DNA of 64,000 bases from Nitrospirota bacterium. Its GTDB lineage: Bacteria > Nitrospirota > UBA9217. The notes beneath the pieces are model-generated. The model was not told the origin of the DNA, did not search any database, and saw nothing but the letters and a program-made list of their open reading frames with translations. Shown piece by piece: positions 21,359 through 33,718 of the stretch (position 1 is its first letter; every line of letters begins with the position of its first letter). The position numbers were made by a program, and so were the translations under genes. The stretch covers positions 1,536,001 to 1,600,000 of the forward strand of contig CAWFSF010000006.1 in NCBI GenBank assembly GCA_963818475.1, written 5' to 3'.

Positions 21359-21673
21359 TTATTTTTTGGTACTGACCTCGAAAAAATCCAATTGCCGCAT
21401 AAACACATCTCGATCCACGGGCATATCACTTTCGGTTAACATCATGTTCAAACTTGTCTCCACACCGATTTCAGAGCTTTTCCAGGGTACGATATACAGG
21501 GCTTTCGGGGCTTCATCGTTGCCGACGATGGACATGCCCGAAAGTTCTTTGGCCGCCGGTTCCTTGTCCTTGGCCGCCGTCCATGGCCTTGGCCGCCGAG
21601 CCATGTCCTCGGCCATGGCCGTGCCGAGCAGCGCCAGAAGCAGACACAGCCAAAGCAATAGATTTCGATACAT
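21359..21673 (-). CDS. Small exported protein (GltF-like)
   Basis: Signal peptide; GMSIVGNDEAPKALYIVPWK; lies between the TPR lipoprotein and the ExbB-like gene. Confidence 0.6.
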   Translation of the reverse strand: MYRNLLLWLCLLLALLGTAMAEDMARRPRPWTAAKDKEPAAKELSGMSIVGNDEAPKALYIVPWKSSEIGVETSLNMMLTESDMPVDRDVFMRQLDFFEVSTKK

Positions 21674-21694
21674 ATTCCCTCCTTCCTTTTTTGC

Positions 21695-22379
21695 CTAATG
21701 CCCGACCGCATGCGCAGCTCGGCGATCCAGATCTTGACCTGCGCGTCCGCGGGCATCGCCTCGCTGTAAATCTCGAATTGTTTGAGCGCGCATTCCGGAT
21801 CATTCAGATACAGATCGCAGAGGATCCCGAGATTTCTATGGAGCGGGAAGATAGTCCGGAAAACTCGCGATCGCCTTCTCATAGATCTCCCGGGCCTCGT
21901 TGAAAACGGCCGTTCTTGCGAAGCAGCAACCCATATTCATTACTGGCCACCGGGTGATCGGGAACCAGCCCCAAAGCGGTTTTGAGGTGCTGCTCGGCCG
22001 GCTCCAGCTTTCCGGTCCGCATGATAGGCCACCGCAATGTTGATATATGGCGCCGTGACGCCCGGTGACCGCTCGATCACCTTTGTCAGAAGTTCGATGG
22101 CCTTGTCATTTTTCCCGTCGTTCATCATGGCGACGGCGCGCTCGAATTCGCCGCGCGACTCAGCATCCATGCTCGGGTTTTCCCGTGATGACGAATCCTT
22201 GCCGCCCATCTTCGAGCCGTCGCCACGGATGGTCCCTGAACGGATGGTCCTTGATCTGCAACGGGCTGCTGCGTGACCTTGGCGTTGGTAGCGCACCCGG
22301 AAAAAACCGCGAGTACGATCACCAGGGCCACCCACCCGGCCCGCTCTTCGGACTTTCGACCGCCATACCAGCTCTGCAT
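21695..22379 (-). CDS. TPR lipoprotein (GltE/AglT-like; frameshifted)
   Basis: Lipobox VFSGC; FERAVAMM, PYINIAVAY, HRNLGILCDLYL, VKIWIAEL. Confidence 0.7.
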
Positions 22380-22450
22380 TCTTGACCTGCATCGCCCAGC
22401 TCCCTGTCTCGTTCATGTCAACCCTGATGAAATCGTAATAAATCAAATTA

Positions 22451-22520
22451 GCCACGGAGTCAAGGAAGAAACCGTATAATCTACTTAAATCTTTTCTCCG
22501 TATCTCAGTGTCTCCGTGGT
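22451..22520. repeat. Intergenic inverted-repeat element (ccacggag type)
   Basis: gccacggagtcaagg ... ctccgtatctcagtgtctccgtggt; related to the 48830 element. Confidence 0.6.
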
Positions 22521-22550
22521 GGATCATGACTTTTTACGAGACGATCAACC

Positions 22551-25500
22551 TTATTCGACCTTGTCAGATGGTGCACCCTTGTTGCCGTTGTCGTCCACTC
22601 CCGGCGCCGCTTCTTTGGCCTCATCCGGTTTGGCGGCCTGCGGCGGCTCTGCGGCTGGCTCCGTTTCCTGGGCCTCAGCCGGCTTCGCATCCTGCTTCGC
22701 TTCTCCGGCCTGCGCCGCCGCCCCTTCGGGCGCCTGCGGCGCGGGCGGCTCCGGACGTTCAATGGCGAACATGTAACTATCCAGCGAAGCGATGACGGGG
22801 CTCTCCTCTTCCGGCTTGTCGTAGCGGGCGGGAACGAACTTGGCCAGTTTCTGCAGACTCTTGTCGATCCACTCGTTGTAAACACCGAGGGAGATCAGCT
22901 CGAGATTGCTCTTATGCATTGCAATGGCCTTCTCTTCGAAGGGATAGGCCTGCTCCTCGATGGCCAGTTCGTACTCTTCCCGTTCCAATGCGCTCAGTCC
23001 TGCGGGACGTTCGGACTCCTTCAGGTCCTTGCTGAAGTGGGCATAGATCTCGGCCAGATAGAAGGTCGCCGCGGCGGTGACCTCACCGACTTCATAATCG
23101 AGAAGTTTGTTGAACTGCTGGGTCGCCACCTTCATCAGCTCCTTCTTCTTGCGCAGGTTGGCCTCGAAGGGTTCGACCAGTTTGACCCCGGCGAACTGGT
23201 CGAAGGTTTGCTCGGCCAGAACCAACGCGGCTTTGCCGGCAAGATAGCGGGTCCGCGGCGTACGCTCGCCGCCGGCGCCCGCATCAATGGCGACGATCTG
23301 CCTGAGCTCGGCGAGATAGTTGTCCCGATCGTTCTTCTTCTTCAGAGATCCGCGATTTTGTTGCGCGTTTCCAGGTTGGGTTCCACCGGATGCGGGAAAT
23401 AATCCACATAGCGCCGGTACACCTCGAGCGCGCGGGCCTGGTTGCCCGACCTTTTCATGCAATTCCGCCGCGATCAGCAGCGCCTCCCGCCTTACCTCAT
23501 CATCCTGGGATTCTCTTTCTATGCGTTCATATTCATCGGCCGCGAGGGAGAGCTGCCCATCCTCGCGATAGACGTAGGCGATCTTCTTGGTCACCTCGGG
23601 CTGCAGTGCGTGTCCGGGGAACAGGTCCCGGAAGCCCACCAGCACAGCCGCCGCCATCTTCCAGTCCTTGAGCTGGATCAGGGCGGCGGCCGCATCGTAC
23701 TCCGCGGTCACCCTGATCTTGGAGGTCGGGGCCATACGCCCCACCCGCAGGAAATGCTCCGCCGCTGCCCGATAATCCGCCGGCGCATTCGCCTGTTCGC
23801 CCTGCTTGTAAATCGCTGCCGCAAGATTGTCGATCAGGGCATCGCGGCTTTTGTCCCCGGCGGGGAGCAGCGCCAGCACCTTCACGTAAGCGGTTTCGGC
23901 TTCGCTGTAGCGATGCAGCTCGTAGGATGAGTGGCCGACCACCAGCCAGGCTGCGCGCACGACCTCCGCCTCGGCGCCGGGGAATGCCTCGATGAAGCTT
24001 GCGTGCGGCAGCCACCGCCGGTTCATAATCCCGCATGTCGTACAGATCATCCGCGGCCGCCCCCAGAACGATCGCCGCCTTCTCGTGCTCCGGATAGGTG
24101 TCGGCAAACTTCAGCGAGCTGCGTACGACCTCCCGCTTCACCTGATCTTTTGCCGCGGGCGCAGCGCCGGCGAGGTGTTGGCGATAGGCGTAAATTGCCG
24201 CGTAGCCGGCCTGCGAGGACTTTTCGTGGCGCGGATATTCATAGGCGGTCTTCTCGTATTCCACCGCCGCCAGATCAAAGGAGCGGTTTTCCAGCAACAG
24301 ATCCGCCAACATGATAATTGATGGCCGGCGATTCGGGGTCCATCGGGAAGGAGGTGAGGAATTCCTCGATACCAGTGCAGCGCTTCTTCGAAGTTCGTCT
24401 TTTTTTCCTTGATCTGCTTCGGGCTCTGGTAAAGCGCGTGATAATGCTTGGCCAGGTCGGTGAGGTTCGTTTTGAGCCAGGCCAGAACTTCCGGACGGGC
24501 GCCCGGTTCGAAATGCTTCCAGTATTCGGCCTTGAGCCCGTAGTTGTCGGCAAATTGCTTTTTCGCGTCAATGACCAGGCTGGGGAACGCCGCCGGCAAG
24601 ATGGATTTCGATCACCCGCATGTGGAATTGCGGCGATACCTTGTGGAACGGATTGCGGCTGACAAAGGCGTTGTAGGCTGCAGCGGCGTCGCTGTAACGG
24701 CGTTTGTCGAAGTAGAATTCCCCGAGGTTGCTGTAGACGCCGTCCTCGTAACTGCGCTTGCCGTGGCGGGTGAAGTACTCGACCACGGAGTCGGCGCCGC
24801 CGAGGTTGGAAAAGCTCAGGCTGATGACCCGGAAGGTGTCATCGATGCGCTTGCGTTCCGGCTCGTCCGCGGTCTGGGCAAAGTCGTAGCCCACCGACAC
24901 CTTGTGGTCCAGCAGCGCAATGAACCGGTGCAGGGCCTCGTCATAGAGTTCCTGCTTGTAAAAGGTCCAGCCCAGCTTGTACAGGGCGAGCTCGTAGAAT
25001 AGGATGAAGAGACACCCATGGTCACGATGCTGCCGTAGGCCTCCTCGGCATCCAGGTAACGCCTGCGGGTGAAGAAGTATTCGGCGCGCCGGAACTGCAC
25101 TTCATCGATATATCGGGACCGCGGGATAGTCGCGCACCAGCCGGTCCATGACCGCCATGGCCTCCTCGATCTGCCCCAGTTCCTCATAGGCGCGGGACAT
25201 CTGATACAGCACCTGGTCGTTGCGCTCGTACAGGGGATAATCGTTCAGCAGTTTCTTGTAGAGCGCGATGGCCTCACGGGCGCCTGCCCGTTCCAGGTCC
25301 TCGGCGCCGCGACAAGGCTCCGTCCGCAGCCGCCGCCGTGCCGGCCACCGGCGCGCTCTGGGTCGCCCTTTTCTCAAAATCCGCCTGCGATTCGCCTGGC
25401 ACCGGGTTCCTGCGCCGGTGCAGGACCAGAGGAGCCGCGCGGGCGCGACCTCCGGACGCGCCGCGCGTTCCGGAGGAGGCAACGCAGCGGCGGAGACCCG

Positions 25501-25788
25501 GCGGTCCGCTGCGGCATCGCCGGAAAGAAGGCCATATTCCCTTTCGATCTTCAGGTCTGCCAGGCGACGAATCGCCTCCGGCGACAGGGCCGAGTCCGGC
25601 GTTTCTTCCAGAAAGCGCCGGTAACCCTCCATGGCTTTCTCGAGCCCGCCTTCGATCTTCTCTTCCTTGATTTCGATCTGCATGTTACGCAACTTGGCAA
25701 TCGTATCCTTGCCGCCGCCCGACTGACAGGCGGTCAGGAGCAGCGGCAGCGCGAGCACGCTCCATCGAAGACAATTCGTTGTCCTCAT
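22551..25788 (-). CDS. Large TPR lipoprotein, ~1050 aa (GltD/AgmU-like; frameshifted)
   Basis: Lipobox LTAC; TPR array (DQVLYQMSRAYE, EVQFRRAEYFF, AEYDAAAALI); C-terminal LEREEYELAIEEQAYPFEEKAI...PARY. Confidence 0.75.
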
Positions 25789-27685
25789 TGCTCGGCCCTC
25801 TTCCGGCGCTGGGCCTTGCTGGCACGGTCGTAGCTGTCCGCCATGGCGAAGCGCGCCTTGATCTGGAATTCGTCAAGCCGGTCGCGGCGCTTGGTGAGTT
25901 CATTCACGGCCATGGTCTCGAGCATCTGCCCCTGACGTGCCATCAGTTCCCCCACTTTTTCCCGGGCGGCCGCGATCCGGGTCCGCTGGCGGCGGATCAC
26001 CTCGTCGTACCCTTCGTAGCTTTGCGTGGCGGCCTGGCGGGTACGCACAAAGGCAGTGTACTGCCTGTTCAGCAGGTCGATCACCTGGTTCAGATCGCGA
26101 AGGTTCTTGTGCGCCTCGGTAAGGCGCTGGTCATATTCCGTATGAGATGTTCCAGTCCAGCACCCCCCGCAGCCGCCTGATCCGGTCCTCGACGTCGTCG
26201 GGCGCGGCCGCGCCGTCCGGCGCGTCAGCGTCTGCTCCAGATGCGCCAATCTGTTCGCTGATGATCCGTTCCTCCGCGGTCGCCAGATAATCGGGGCGCG
26301 GCGCCACCAGCATGGCCTGCAGCCGTTGTTCGATCCGGTCCCGCTGCTCCAGGCGCAGCCGCATCTGCGAGTCGAGCCGTCTGAATTCCCGGTCGATCGC
26401 GGGAAGCAGCGGCTGGTAATACGCCCGGCGCTGCTCGATGATATCCTCGAAGGCGTCCAGGTCCCCTGACCAGACCTCCAGCTTCTTGCGCAGCTGCTCC
26501 AGGTCGAGATAGTTTTTCAGCGATTCCTGAAAATCATGGGAGGCCATCAAATCGAGCAGGTAGAATGTCTCGGGCGTTTCCGGCAGCTCGCGCAGCTTGA
26601 CGACCCAGTCGGCATCCTGTTTCAGCTCTTCCCGCACCAGGGCCTTGAGAAATTTGCCTTCGCGGATACTGCGTGATCGATGCGCCGAGCTTGTCGATCT
26701 TCCTTGCCGAACGCCTCCAGCGCCCTGCCATACATCAGTGCCGCCTTGCCGTACACGTTCGAGCTTCCCGTAGGCATAGGGGACGGCGAGCATGGCTTCC
26801 TGCACCGACGGAGTCCGTGACCTCGCGTTCGGCCAGGATGCTCCAGGGCACCAGGGCCTGTTCGAACCGTCCCTGAGAGGCGTCTGCCCAGCCCGAACCG
26901 AGCAGCGCCCGGTTGGAGAACGGCCCGCTCAGACGCACCCGGTCGAGCACCTGCTTGGCGCCCTCGAAATTCTTTTCACTCATCAGCTTGTCGCCGAGGA
27001 CAAGGTTCGACTTGTCCTTGATCGCCAGCGTGGCCGGATTGTCGCTCTCGATCTGGCCGGTACGGTCGAGATACTGGCGCCCTTCCTGCTCCTTCCCGCT
27101 CCTTGAGCAGCGCGATCCCGAGGTTGTACGTGGCAAAACCTTCCAGGCTCTTCGCACCTTGGAGGTCTTTCAGGATGCGGGCGGCATCATCGAAGCGGCC
27201 GTTGGCCATAAGGATTTGCGCGCGCAGGAATTCCAGATCATCGCGAATTTCCTGCGGGAACGGCGCCCCGGATGCGTTCCACGGCCTGCAGGGCATTCTC
27301 CGGCTGGTCTTTCTGGAAGTAGATCCGGGCCAGGCGGAAAATGGCCTCGTTGCGCACGGTCTCCTCGACATTGCCCTCGATCACCGCCTTGATGGCGCGC
27401 CCGGCGCGCTGGTGCATCCGGTAGAACAGTTCGAAATCACCCACGTCAAACTCGGCCTGGTCGACATGGTAGTAAAGCGAGTCGAGCGCGGGCTCATCGA
27501 GCCCGCGGTACTGCCCCAGTTCGGTGTCGAGCCGGGCAGATGGCCTCGAACCAGTCCCCCTGATAGGCGTAATACAGGGCCTCTCCGAAATAGAGGTCCT
27601 TCAGGTCTTTTGGCGTGGCTGTGCCGGCCGCCAGTGCAGGCGCTGCGAACAACAGGGAAGCCAGCAAGACAAGCAATCTGGACAT
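25785..27685 (-). CDS. Exported TPR/coiled-coil protein (frameshifted)
   Basis: Signal peptide, KDLYFGEALYYAYQG, NEAIFRLARIY, NRALLGSGWA, EAMLAVPYAY, C-terminal ARFAMADSYDRA. Confidence 0.7.
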
Positions 27686-27688
27686 ACG

Positions 27689-28215
27689 CTACCAATCCTT
27701 AAGGGTGATAGTTTGAGCATCGGAACCGGCCAGGTGAACCTCCACCATCTTGGGTCCCACATCCTTGTTGAACTTGAAAGCTTTCCGTTCCGCGGAGATC
27801 GGATCCGCCCTCGGTTTTGCCGGTCAGGAGTACCTGCAGGTCGTGCTCGCCGGATCTGACATTGCCGGTATAGATGCGCTGCACCCCCCCCTTCTGCAGC
27901 GCTTCGAGCTCCTTGAAGGTGTAGAGGTGATGAGCGACCGGCTTGCCGTCCAGCTGGATCTCCATCGAATCGAGGCGGAAATTTCGCCCCGTTGTCCAGC
28001 GACACGAAGACGGCGACCTGGGTATTGGATGGATACAGCAGCTTCTCTTCGAGCAGGTTCAGCTGCGCCGCGATGCCGAGAACATCGGTCTTGATCTCCT
28101 GGACCTGTTCATCCAGGCCCTTGATCTGTTCCTTGGAGACTTCCTCCGCATAGGCAGGGAAGCTCAGCATCAGCATCGCAATGGAGAGAATGAACCCTTT
28201 TAACATGTTGAACAT
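27689..28215 (-). CDS. Conserved exported protein of Glt-like loci (frameshifted)
   Basis: Signal peptide, LDEQVQEIKTDVL...LEEKLLYPSNTQVAVFVS, HHLYTFKELEALQKGGVQRIYTGNV; no HTH. Confidence 0.7.
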
Positions 28216-28244
28216 GGCTGCCTCCTGTAAATCAAAAGAGCATC

Positions 28245-28391
28245 TGGACGCGATTTACGCGGATAAACGCGGATTTAAAAGCCTGATTAAAAGCATGATG
28301 AATCCTTTTCTTGAATTAAATCATAAACAGAATCTTGATTTATCTGCGAACCTGCGTCGCCTGAGCGCCTCTGTGGTCATCTGCGTCCAAA
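28245..28391. repeat. Intergenic palindromic element, copy 1
   Basis: tggacgcgatttacgcggataaacgcggat ... atctgcgaacctgcgtcgcct...tggtcatctgcgtccaaa. Confidence 0.75.
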
Positions 28392-28398
28392 TGTCTAT

Positions 28399-31300
28399 TT
28401 ACATTTTCCCGACGATATTGATGAACAGCCCCTGGTGCCTGTAATCCAGGTCGGTCAGATCATCCGAGAACTTGCTGAAGTTGTAGCCGACCCCCACCTT
28501 GATGTGATTGCCCAGATGCCGGTAGATCCCCACCAACACCCCGCTGCGGCTGTCCTGGGCGTCGGGCAGGTCGAGCAGGCGGCCCTCGATCAGGGCGTCC
28601 CAGCGGTGGACGAAGTGCCAGTCGGCGCGCACGCACATACAGGTGAGGCCCGGCTGTCGAAGTACTCGGGATTGACCCGGTCCAGGCTCACCTGCCCCAG
28701 CCGATAGGCGTACTTGCCGCCCACGGTCCAGCGTGACGTCAGATCGTACATGACATCCACCGACGCCGATGTGACTGCGCTGGATAACGCCGGCCGCCGT
28801 GCTGGTGCCGCTGATCTGTTCCGCTGCCGGCACATTGTAGAAATAGGTGTACTTGAGCAGGGCGTTGAGCCGGTCATTGTTGACGGGACGGTAGGCATAG
28901 CCCATCACCGCCTCGGTATAGCTGCCGTCGTAGAACTGGCCCTGCGAACTGTCGCTCTGGGCATAGTTGAATTTGCCGATGAGCCGCCAGTCCGGGGACA
29001 ACTGGTATTTGAGGCTGTTTTTCAGCAGCCAGGTGGTGCGTTTGATGGTGCTGGTATCCGGCTGCTCCGAATCATCCACCCGGTATTCCAGGGCGCTGGC
29101 TATCTTCAGCTTCTCGAATCCATAACCGGCGCTCACTCCGGCCGCCGTTCTCTTGATCTCGGCCCCTGTCAGATTGTCCTGCAGGGTGCCGAAATCGAGA
29201 TTCGCTCCGAAATTGAGGCGATCGGCGGGCGCGAGTTCCACACCGGTGGAATGCATCAGACCGGTGGGGACATCGCCATGGGTATAGCGCTCTTCCAGAT
29301 AGACACTGGCGCTGTCCGAGTAGCGGGTGCGAAACCCTGATGCCATGTTCCCCTTTCTGGCTCGCAGGCCGTTGTCCGAACGCTCGTTCTCCAGGGCATA
29401 ATTGAGGTAGAGCGTGGTCCGGTCGGAATAGAGATACTCGGTGCCGAGCCGGCCGGCCGCGCCGAGGTCCCCCTCGGAGACCTCGCCGTTCAGCTTAAAG
29501 CGGTCGGTCACCCGATAACCGCCGCCGACGCCGATCCGGCCATTGTCCTCGCGATTGCCGCTGGTCTGAACCGACTCCTGCGCGAAACCGTAGCCGCTCC
29601 ATCGCGCCTTGGAATCATACAGCGCCTTGGCCACCACATCGGTGCGGTCGCCCTCTTCCTGGGTCAGGGGAACCACCGGCGAATTGTCCTCGCGGCTGTC
29701 CCGGCGCACGCCCGAACTCAGCGTCCAGTGGTCAGTCACCTGGTAATCGAGATTCAGTTCAGCGGCCTCTGTTTCAAGCCCCTGGTCCACGGTCCGCTTG
29801 TCGGCCTTGAGATGCAGCCCCAGACGGTCGGTGATGGGCAGTTCCGCCGTGCCGCCGAGTTGAGAGGTATCCCGATCGGTGACCAGACCCGGCGCTGAAT
29901 AACCCGCCTCGAGTTCCTGGTTGTATAAGGTGATCCGCCCCTTCCAGTTTTCGAAGAAGTCCTGGAAGCCGACGCTGACATCGACACGGTGGGCCATGGC
30001 GTCGACATCGGATTGACTCAGAGGGCCGGTGGTGCTGAAATTGAAACCGCCATCCAGCGAATTCGTGGTGGCAGAGACCCGGCCCCTTGCTGCGGCCGGC
30101 TTCGAGCTTGACCCAGGTACTGGATGACTTGCGGATGGTCACATCCGCGCCATCCAGGCTGTTGTCATTTCCCTCTTCCTCGTCCCGGCTGGTGGTCACG
30201 CCGACCTTGACATGGTCGCCGAGCCAGTAATGGGCCCGGCCGCCAAACGCCATCGCATCCAGGTCCTCGACCCCGGGCGTGATATTCGTAACGGACCACC
30301 AGAAAGACGGGGTTGCCGCCGGTCGAGTCGCTGTGCACCAGCAGAGAGTCGTCCGCCGTCGAGGCCAGGGGCTGGGTCAGCAGCAGGCGGCCCTGCAGGT
30401 AGTCGATGTCGTAATCGAGAACCGGCGTCAGGTTCTTGACGCGCCAGCACCATGCCTGAATCCTTGTCGCGGACCTCGATGCGCACCCGTTCGGACCCTT
30501 GAAGGAGGTCCTGCCGACGCAGGAAGTAAAGGGAGCCGCCGGTCCCCCGGAACTCATCGCGGCCCGCCACCGTCCCCGGTTCGGCGGCAAAACCGTCGAC
30601 CATGAAGCGCTGCTCGCCGAAACTGGTGACGCCAGGGGTCTGATAATGGAGGTTCCCGCCGTAAAGCCCACGGTCCACGTGCGCCAGGTCGTTATCGGTA
30701 TAGCCGACCTTGAAATTGCCCCAGAGGCCGTAGTTCTCATCTTTTTTCAGCTTGACGTAGAACTTGCCGCATGGTCGGGGCATCTTCCACGACGGTGCTG
30801 TCATCGCCGAAGGTCGGGAAATGATAATCCGGGTCGATACGCCGGAACAGCGCCTCAGGCGACTTGTCCAGGAAGTTGCTGAAGATCTCGTCCAGCGGCC
30901 CTTCGCGCGTATCGGCGCTGGCCGTCAGCCCCCAGCCGTTGCCGAACTGGCCTTTCGTATAGAAGGCAAGCCGTCCCTGGAGGTCAAAGTCGTCGCTGTA
31001 TTGCGGCTTGTCCGGGGCGAGCAGCTTGGCCGGACCGTTGGTCTTGTTGGCCGACAGGGTCAGGTCGGCGATGCCCACCGTGAACCAGTCGTTCTTCTCC
31101 AGCGCCAGATCGCGCAGAAAGAGTTCGCCGTTGCCGGACTTGTCGAGCACGGCCACCTCGACGGTATGCATGCCCGTCGGCAGGATTTCCTCGGCGATGA
31201 AACGGCCCTTGCCGTCCACCGGCACCGGGTATCCGGCCAGCCAGACGCCGTGTCCGGCGGGAATCGCGCTGCCGTGGGCCTGGACGGTCCCGCCGCTGAG

Positions 31301-33529
31301 CGGGATGTTCCTGCTGGCGATGCGGCTTTCGCCGTAGCCGGCCAGCAGTTCCGTCCGCGGGTCGGCCTCGGCAACCGACGCGATCGATCTGGTCGACCAC
31401 CCACAGCGGCTGGGCCGTGGTCTCGTCGAAGTGGCCGTTCGCATCGTAAACGCGGACCAGATATTTGAGCTGCCGCCCCGGCGCGGAGAAGGTCTCGAAA
31501 CCGGGCTGCCATTCCGCCATGCCCTCGTCATTCATGGGGATGACGGCCACGGGCGTGTCGCGGACCGACTGGGCCTCATCGAAAACCCTGACCTCCGCCC
31601 GCTTGATGAAGCTGTGGTAGTTGGCGTAGAGGCGAAAGCGGACCAGGTTCTCGGCAAACTCGGTCTCCGCAAGGTCCTGATAGCGGATGCTGCGCGGCCA
31701 TGCGGTCACGTTCAGCCGTGGCTCCGCCTTCAGGTTGTCGTACTTGAACTCGATCTGGGCATGATCAAGGGCCACGTCGGTGCAGCGCTGCACGTCGGGA
31801 ATGCTCTTGCCCGGATCGTCGATCGGCTTGCCGTCGACCGAGATGCGCATGAGATTGAGGCCGAAGGGATTGGCCGTGCTCACCTCGCGGGTCATGCGGG
31901 TGATGTCCACCCCCTCGTAGTCATCGAGGGCGACGAGTTCATCATAGACGACCTGCACCTCGACCCGCGAGGTATCCGACTCGATGAAGCCGACATTGAC
32001 CACGTCCGCGGTCTGGACATAGCCCCGGCCTTCGAACTCCGCCTGTTCCTCGGTCAGTCCCATCTGCTCGCGCACCGCGGTCATGGTCCGGCGGGCACGC
32101 GCCGTGGACCAGCCGATATCGTCGCCGTAGACGGCAGCGGTGCGCCGGTCGAGCCGCTGGTTGCTGGTATAGCCGACAAAGCGCAGGCGGACGTTGGTCT
32201 TGTCCTTGATCTCGTCCATGAGCTGCCGCAACCGCTCGGTATAGCCGTCGGGCAGGACCGGGTCGCCGTTTTCGAACAGGATCGGATCGATGCGCGCCCG
32301 ACGGCGGGTCATAGACCTTGGTGACCGTTTCGGCGCCGGCATCTTCCGGACACAGCCGCGGCTCGTCAGGCAGGTCCTGGAGCGGATCGTCATGCCAGAA
32401 CTCGACCTCGACGCGCCGGTTCATGGCCCTGCCCTGCGGCGTGTCGTTGGAGGCCACCGGCTGCGACGCTCCCTTGCCGTCGCTTTCGACCGCGACATTG
32501 GACAACCTCAGAGCGTCCTGGACGGCGAGGGCAACGCGCCGGGCCACCGCCTTCGACAGCCCCAGCTGGTCGCCGTAGATGCGCTCGTCGCGCCCTTCCA
32601 GCGGGGTGTTGTCGGTATAGGCGGTGAACTTGACGACGATATTCTCCTTGCCTTTCAGATTGATCAGCGCCTGTCTGATCTGCTGCAGAAATTCTTCCGG
32701 CACGGTCACCATGCTCTCTTCGTAATGCATGGGCGCAATCAGGTTCTTGACGCGGGCACGATGGGAATGGCCTTCCTTGTAACGCAATTTGCAGACCGTC
32801 TCGGTGCGGCAGACCTTGACGCGGTTCACCTGCCGGGGGACGATCACTTCCTTTTCGACCATCTTTTCGCTGATCTCGTCATACCAGACCTCAACCTCCA
32901 CCCGCCGGTTGAGCGCCCGGCCGGCCTCGGTCGCATTGCTGGCGACCGGCTGGCTGTCACCCAGCCCCTCATAGGAGATGGCTTCCGGGGGAAGCCCGAG
33001 GGCGCGCTGGCAATATTCGGCGGTGGTGCCCGCCCGTTCCCGGGACAGGCCGGTATTGTCGCCGTATTTCGCTTGCAGGGGGCCGCTGAGCGGCTGGGAA
33101 TCGGCGTGGCCGACAAAGTGAAGACGCACATTGGCGCGATTGCGCATGCTTTCGAGCACGCCGCGCAGAAGCGCCACATACTCCTCGGGAATGTCCGCCT
33201 CACCCTGTGCGGAAACGGATGGGCGGGACCACATTCGCCAGCTTGATCGTCTTCACTTCCTTTTCGGCGACCGTGCGTTTCTCCGTGCGGTCCCCCTGGT
33301 CCTCCGCAAAAACGGACGGATCAAGGAGCCAGGGAGTGAAGGCCCTGTCCTTCGGCAGGTGCATTTCGGTCGTTTCGCCGCAGGTAGCAGCCTCCCTCGT
33401 TCCCGGGTCCGCATTCACGGTCGTTGCAGATACGGCTTCCGCACAGACGGCGGTCTCCGCTCCGGCTACGGACACAAGGAACATCAATATAAGGGCGATA
33501 CAGCGCTTCATCATTAATCCCATCAACAC
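28399..33529 (-). CDS. Giant outer-membrane protein with three OmpA-like domains and a C-terminal beta-barrel, ~1700 aa (frameshifted)
   Basis: Signal peptide; GHADSQ..LSRERA..NRRVEV, AYTDN..NRRVEV, GYTSNQ..STARA; GRLAFY, DPDYHFPTFGDDS, DYDIDYLQGRL; ends GVGYNFSKFSDDLTDLDY..GLFINIVGKM. Confidence 0.8.
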
Positions 33530-33545
33530 ATCCTAAAAAAACATT

Positions 33546-33697
33546 TGGACGCGGATTTACCGCGGATAAACGCGGATGTTAAAGCTTGAATCAAGTAAGT
33601 TTTTAAATAAAGGCCAAATCATAAAAAAAGTTCTTCGCATCTATCTGCGCAATCTGCGTCGCCTAGAAGCCCCTACTTTTGGTCATCTACGTCCTAA
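33546..33697. repeat. Intergenic palindromic element, copy 2
   Basis: tggacgcggatttaccgcggataaacgcggat ... atctgcgcaatctgcgtcgcct...tggtcatctacgtcctaa. Confidence 0.75.
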
Positions 33698-33718
33698 TAG
33701 CCGTTTCTGACGGCTGGG

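Noticed and set aside
27689-28215. AraC-type regulator (a label I recall for similar proteins)
   Set aside because: It has a signal peptide and no HTH motif.
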